Part shown: positions 62,001 through 64,000 of the stretch, piece by piece
How the letters are laid out: every line of letters begins with the position of its first letter
How positions within the stretch are numbered: position 1 is the first letter of the stretch
NCBI GenBank assembly: GCA_032718475.1
Contig: JAUCBJ010001693.1
Location: 14,641 to 78,640 of the forward strand
DNA from: Nemertoderma westbladi
Lineage: Eukaryota > Animalia > Xenacoelomorpha
Length of the DNA: 64,000 nucleotides
Reading direction: 5' to 3'
Notes under the pieces: model-generated
Seen by the model: only the letters and a program-made list of their open reading frames with translations
Told to the model about the DNA's origin: nothing
The model's database searches: none
Made by a program: the position numbers and the translations under genes

Positions 62001-62289
62001 TTAATCCTGTAAACTGATATTTTCCTGCCTCGCGGTCAACTATTTTATCGATATAAAGCATCTTAATTCATTAAATAATATATTCTTAGTAACGGTCCTA
62101 CTGTTATCTGTCAATTACTTTATCTTTCATGCAATGATTATAAATATAATCCTACATGCCCATAACTAAAGAAATAAATTTACTCAAGAAATTCCAGAAA
62201 CATGTTGCATTTCTATAACTGCTTGTAAGCCAACATATTATTATAATGTTAACTTTACTTCACCGTAGAAGTAAGTTTCGAACGCCTAT

Positions 62290-64000
62290 TGTAAGCGGAT
62301 TTAATTCCACTTCATTACCCACCAGAAAATGGGACCAGTGGCATTTTACTAATATAGTTGGGGATACGAGATTACCAATAATAATCTCGTCTCATAACCA
62401 ACTTTGGGGGGGGGGGGGGGCGTCACAAGCCCTAAAGCCACAGAGAGAGGTGAGAGGTCAAACCACCTCGGAGGGAATACAGCTAGTAGAGGCTAGCAGT
62501 GGGGGGAAACACTCACAGGGAGTACCAAAGTGACAATTAGTATATTAGCCAATAGTGGGGAGGGAAGCACGTGATTAGAGATAGGAAAGCATCCACTGGG
62601 TACAGAGGGCCAAGTAGAGTAAGAGGTGAAACCAATATCTGTGTGTATCAATCATATATTATTCTGCATTACAGATTTACCAGTCCATTAGTTACAGAGT
62701 TGCAGACCGGTCATAGTTTATGACCTTCACCCCACCACCAATTAATATCTGTATTTTCTGCTGTCATTCTGTAATACTGATATACCGATCCTATGCTATT
62801 GTCAATCGAAACATTAATATTGAGAAACTCAAACTACATTGTTTTCCCCTCATGGCCTTCGGCCAAAATGACTATAGTGCAGCGGCCCAGCGAGATCGGT
62901 GACACGTACATATCTAACCTGGTCGGGATCTACAATCCCGACACAGTCATAAACTTCCACCTCCCAACAAACTGCGACCGCAACACAAGACTACGAAGAT
63001 GAGTGAACGACAGACATCCCGATAATCTGAGGGAGAGAGAACGCCGCCATGGACCGCGGACGACACCAACCAAACGATCCGAGAGGCCGTGATGAGACAG
63101 TATCGGCCTGCCACGCCGGGTTTGCCAACGAGGGACGATCCAGCTAGCCCAAGCGGAGGGTGGCCGTCAGCTGTGGAAGAGAGAAGGAGACGGGTCGATG
63201 CACGATGACGACGGCGGTCGGAGTACCGAAGTCGCCGGCCAGCCACAGGCCGAGGGCGACGGACGGCCGACCAGAACGGCGACGGTGGGACCGCCGGTAC
63301 GACGCCGGACGAGGAGAGGAGGTAGAGTCGATGAAGAGGACGTCGGGATGAGTGATCGGCTACGACGGGCCTACAACGCCACCAAGAAACTACTCAAAGA
63401 GGCCAAGGAGGGGAGAAAGGTAGACCAGCCTAAACTATACCAGAGGCTAGGTGAGTCGAATAAACATTTTCGCTATTTAGTCCGTTTTGGACAGGGAGAA
63501 CTGGTGAGTGAGAGAGCGAGGGGGGTCGCCACGGAACTGTTTGAATTGTGGCGGTCCAGGGTAATGGAGCCATGACGTAGTGTACGTAGGGCCTTACTTA
63601 GTGGATGCAAGGGGAATTAAGTTAGTGGGATGGGCGGACCCGCACGACGGCGAACCCGAGGTTAACCCTGAGGATTCGGTGTTGTCGGTTAGTGAGAACC
63701 CCAGAAAGCAGGGCAAAGTTAGTAGGACAGAGAGGCGACGGGAGTCCGTCGCGACCGATAAGTCCGCTACATCCTCCGCAAAAGCAAGAAGGGTGTTAGA
63801 GATAGATCTGGCGTGTCAACTAGACATTGTGGCGCTGGATCAGAAGGAGTTGGAGAGGCAATTAGATGAGGGAACTGCATTATTGGAGAAGAGAGAGAGT
63901 TAGCGAGAGAGAGTAAAGAGAGGGCTGAGAGGGTGGCGAGAAACTGCAGGGAGTGGGGGGAGAGAGAGGTAAACGAGCGTGAGGACTGGGAGGCGAGAGT
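62290..64000 (+). mobile_element. Second LTR retrotransposon (probably BEL/Pao), 5' end only; LTR ~62290-62910, then degenerate gag N-terminus
   Basis: Host unit breaks at CCTAT|TGTAAG; candidate LTR end CGTACA; downstream VNPEDSV…SSAKARR plus coiled coil resembles BEL gag N-termini; has stops and frameshifts. No second LTR in the window. Confidence 0.6.

Larger units (their letters stand above)
58418..62289 (+). repeat. Tandem array of ~1.4-kb protamine-like gene units
   Basis: ATG-to-ATG spacing 1412 and 1362 bp; near-identical to 30920-32479. Confidence 0.95.

Overview
AT-rich eukaryotic (metazoan, probably invertebrate) genomic DNA. The backbone is one + strand spliced ABCG (white-type) half-transporter gene: 14 inferred coding exons over 2229-55320, about 665 aa. 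Its introns are swollen by minisatellites and nested transposons. Two minisatellites are amplified copies of the gene's own exon end plus 5' splice site (28 bp x ~17; 56 bp x ~140). A ~1.4-kb tandem unit carrying an intronless protamine-like gene occurs inside the 25-kb intron (2 copies) and downstream of the gene (3 intact, 1 partial). One intronic copy was hit by an intact APE-RT LINE, a 12.3-kb BEL/Pao LTR element and a TTAA MITE. The BEL/Pao element keeps gag-protease, lacks RT and integrase, and carries a disrupted extra zinc-knuckle ORF. It has no tRNA PBS; instead the 12 nt after the 5' LTR are perfectly complementary to a site inside its own LTR, suggesting self-priming. All coordinates were read by eye; no searches or alignments were run.
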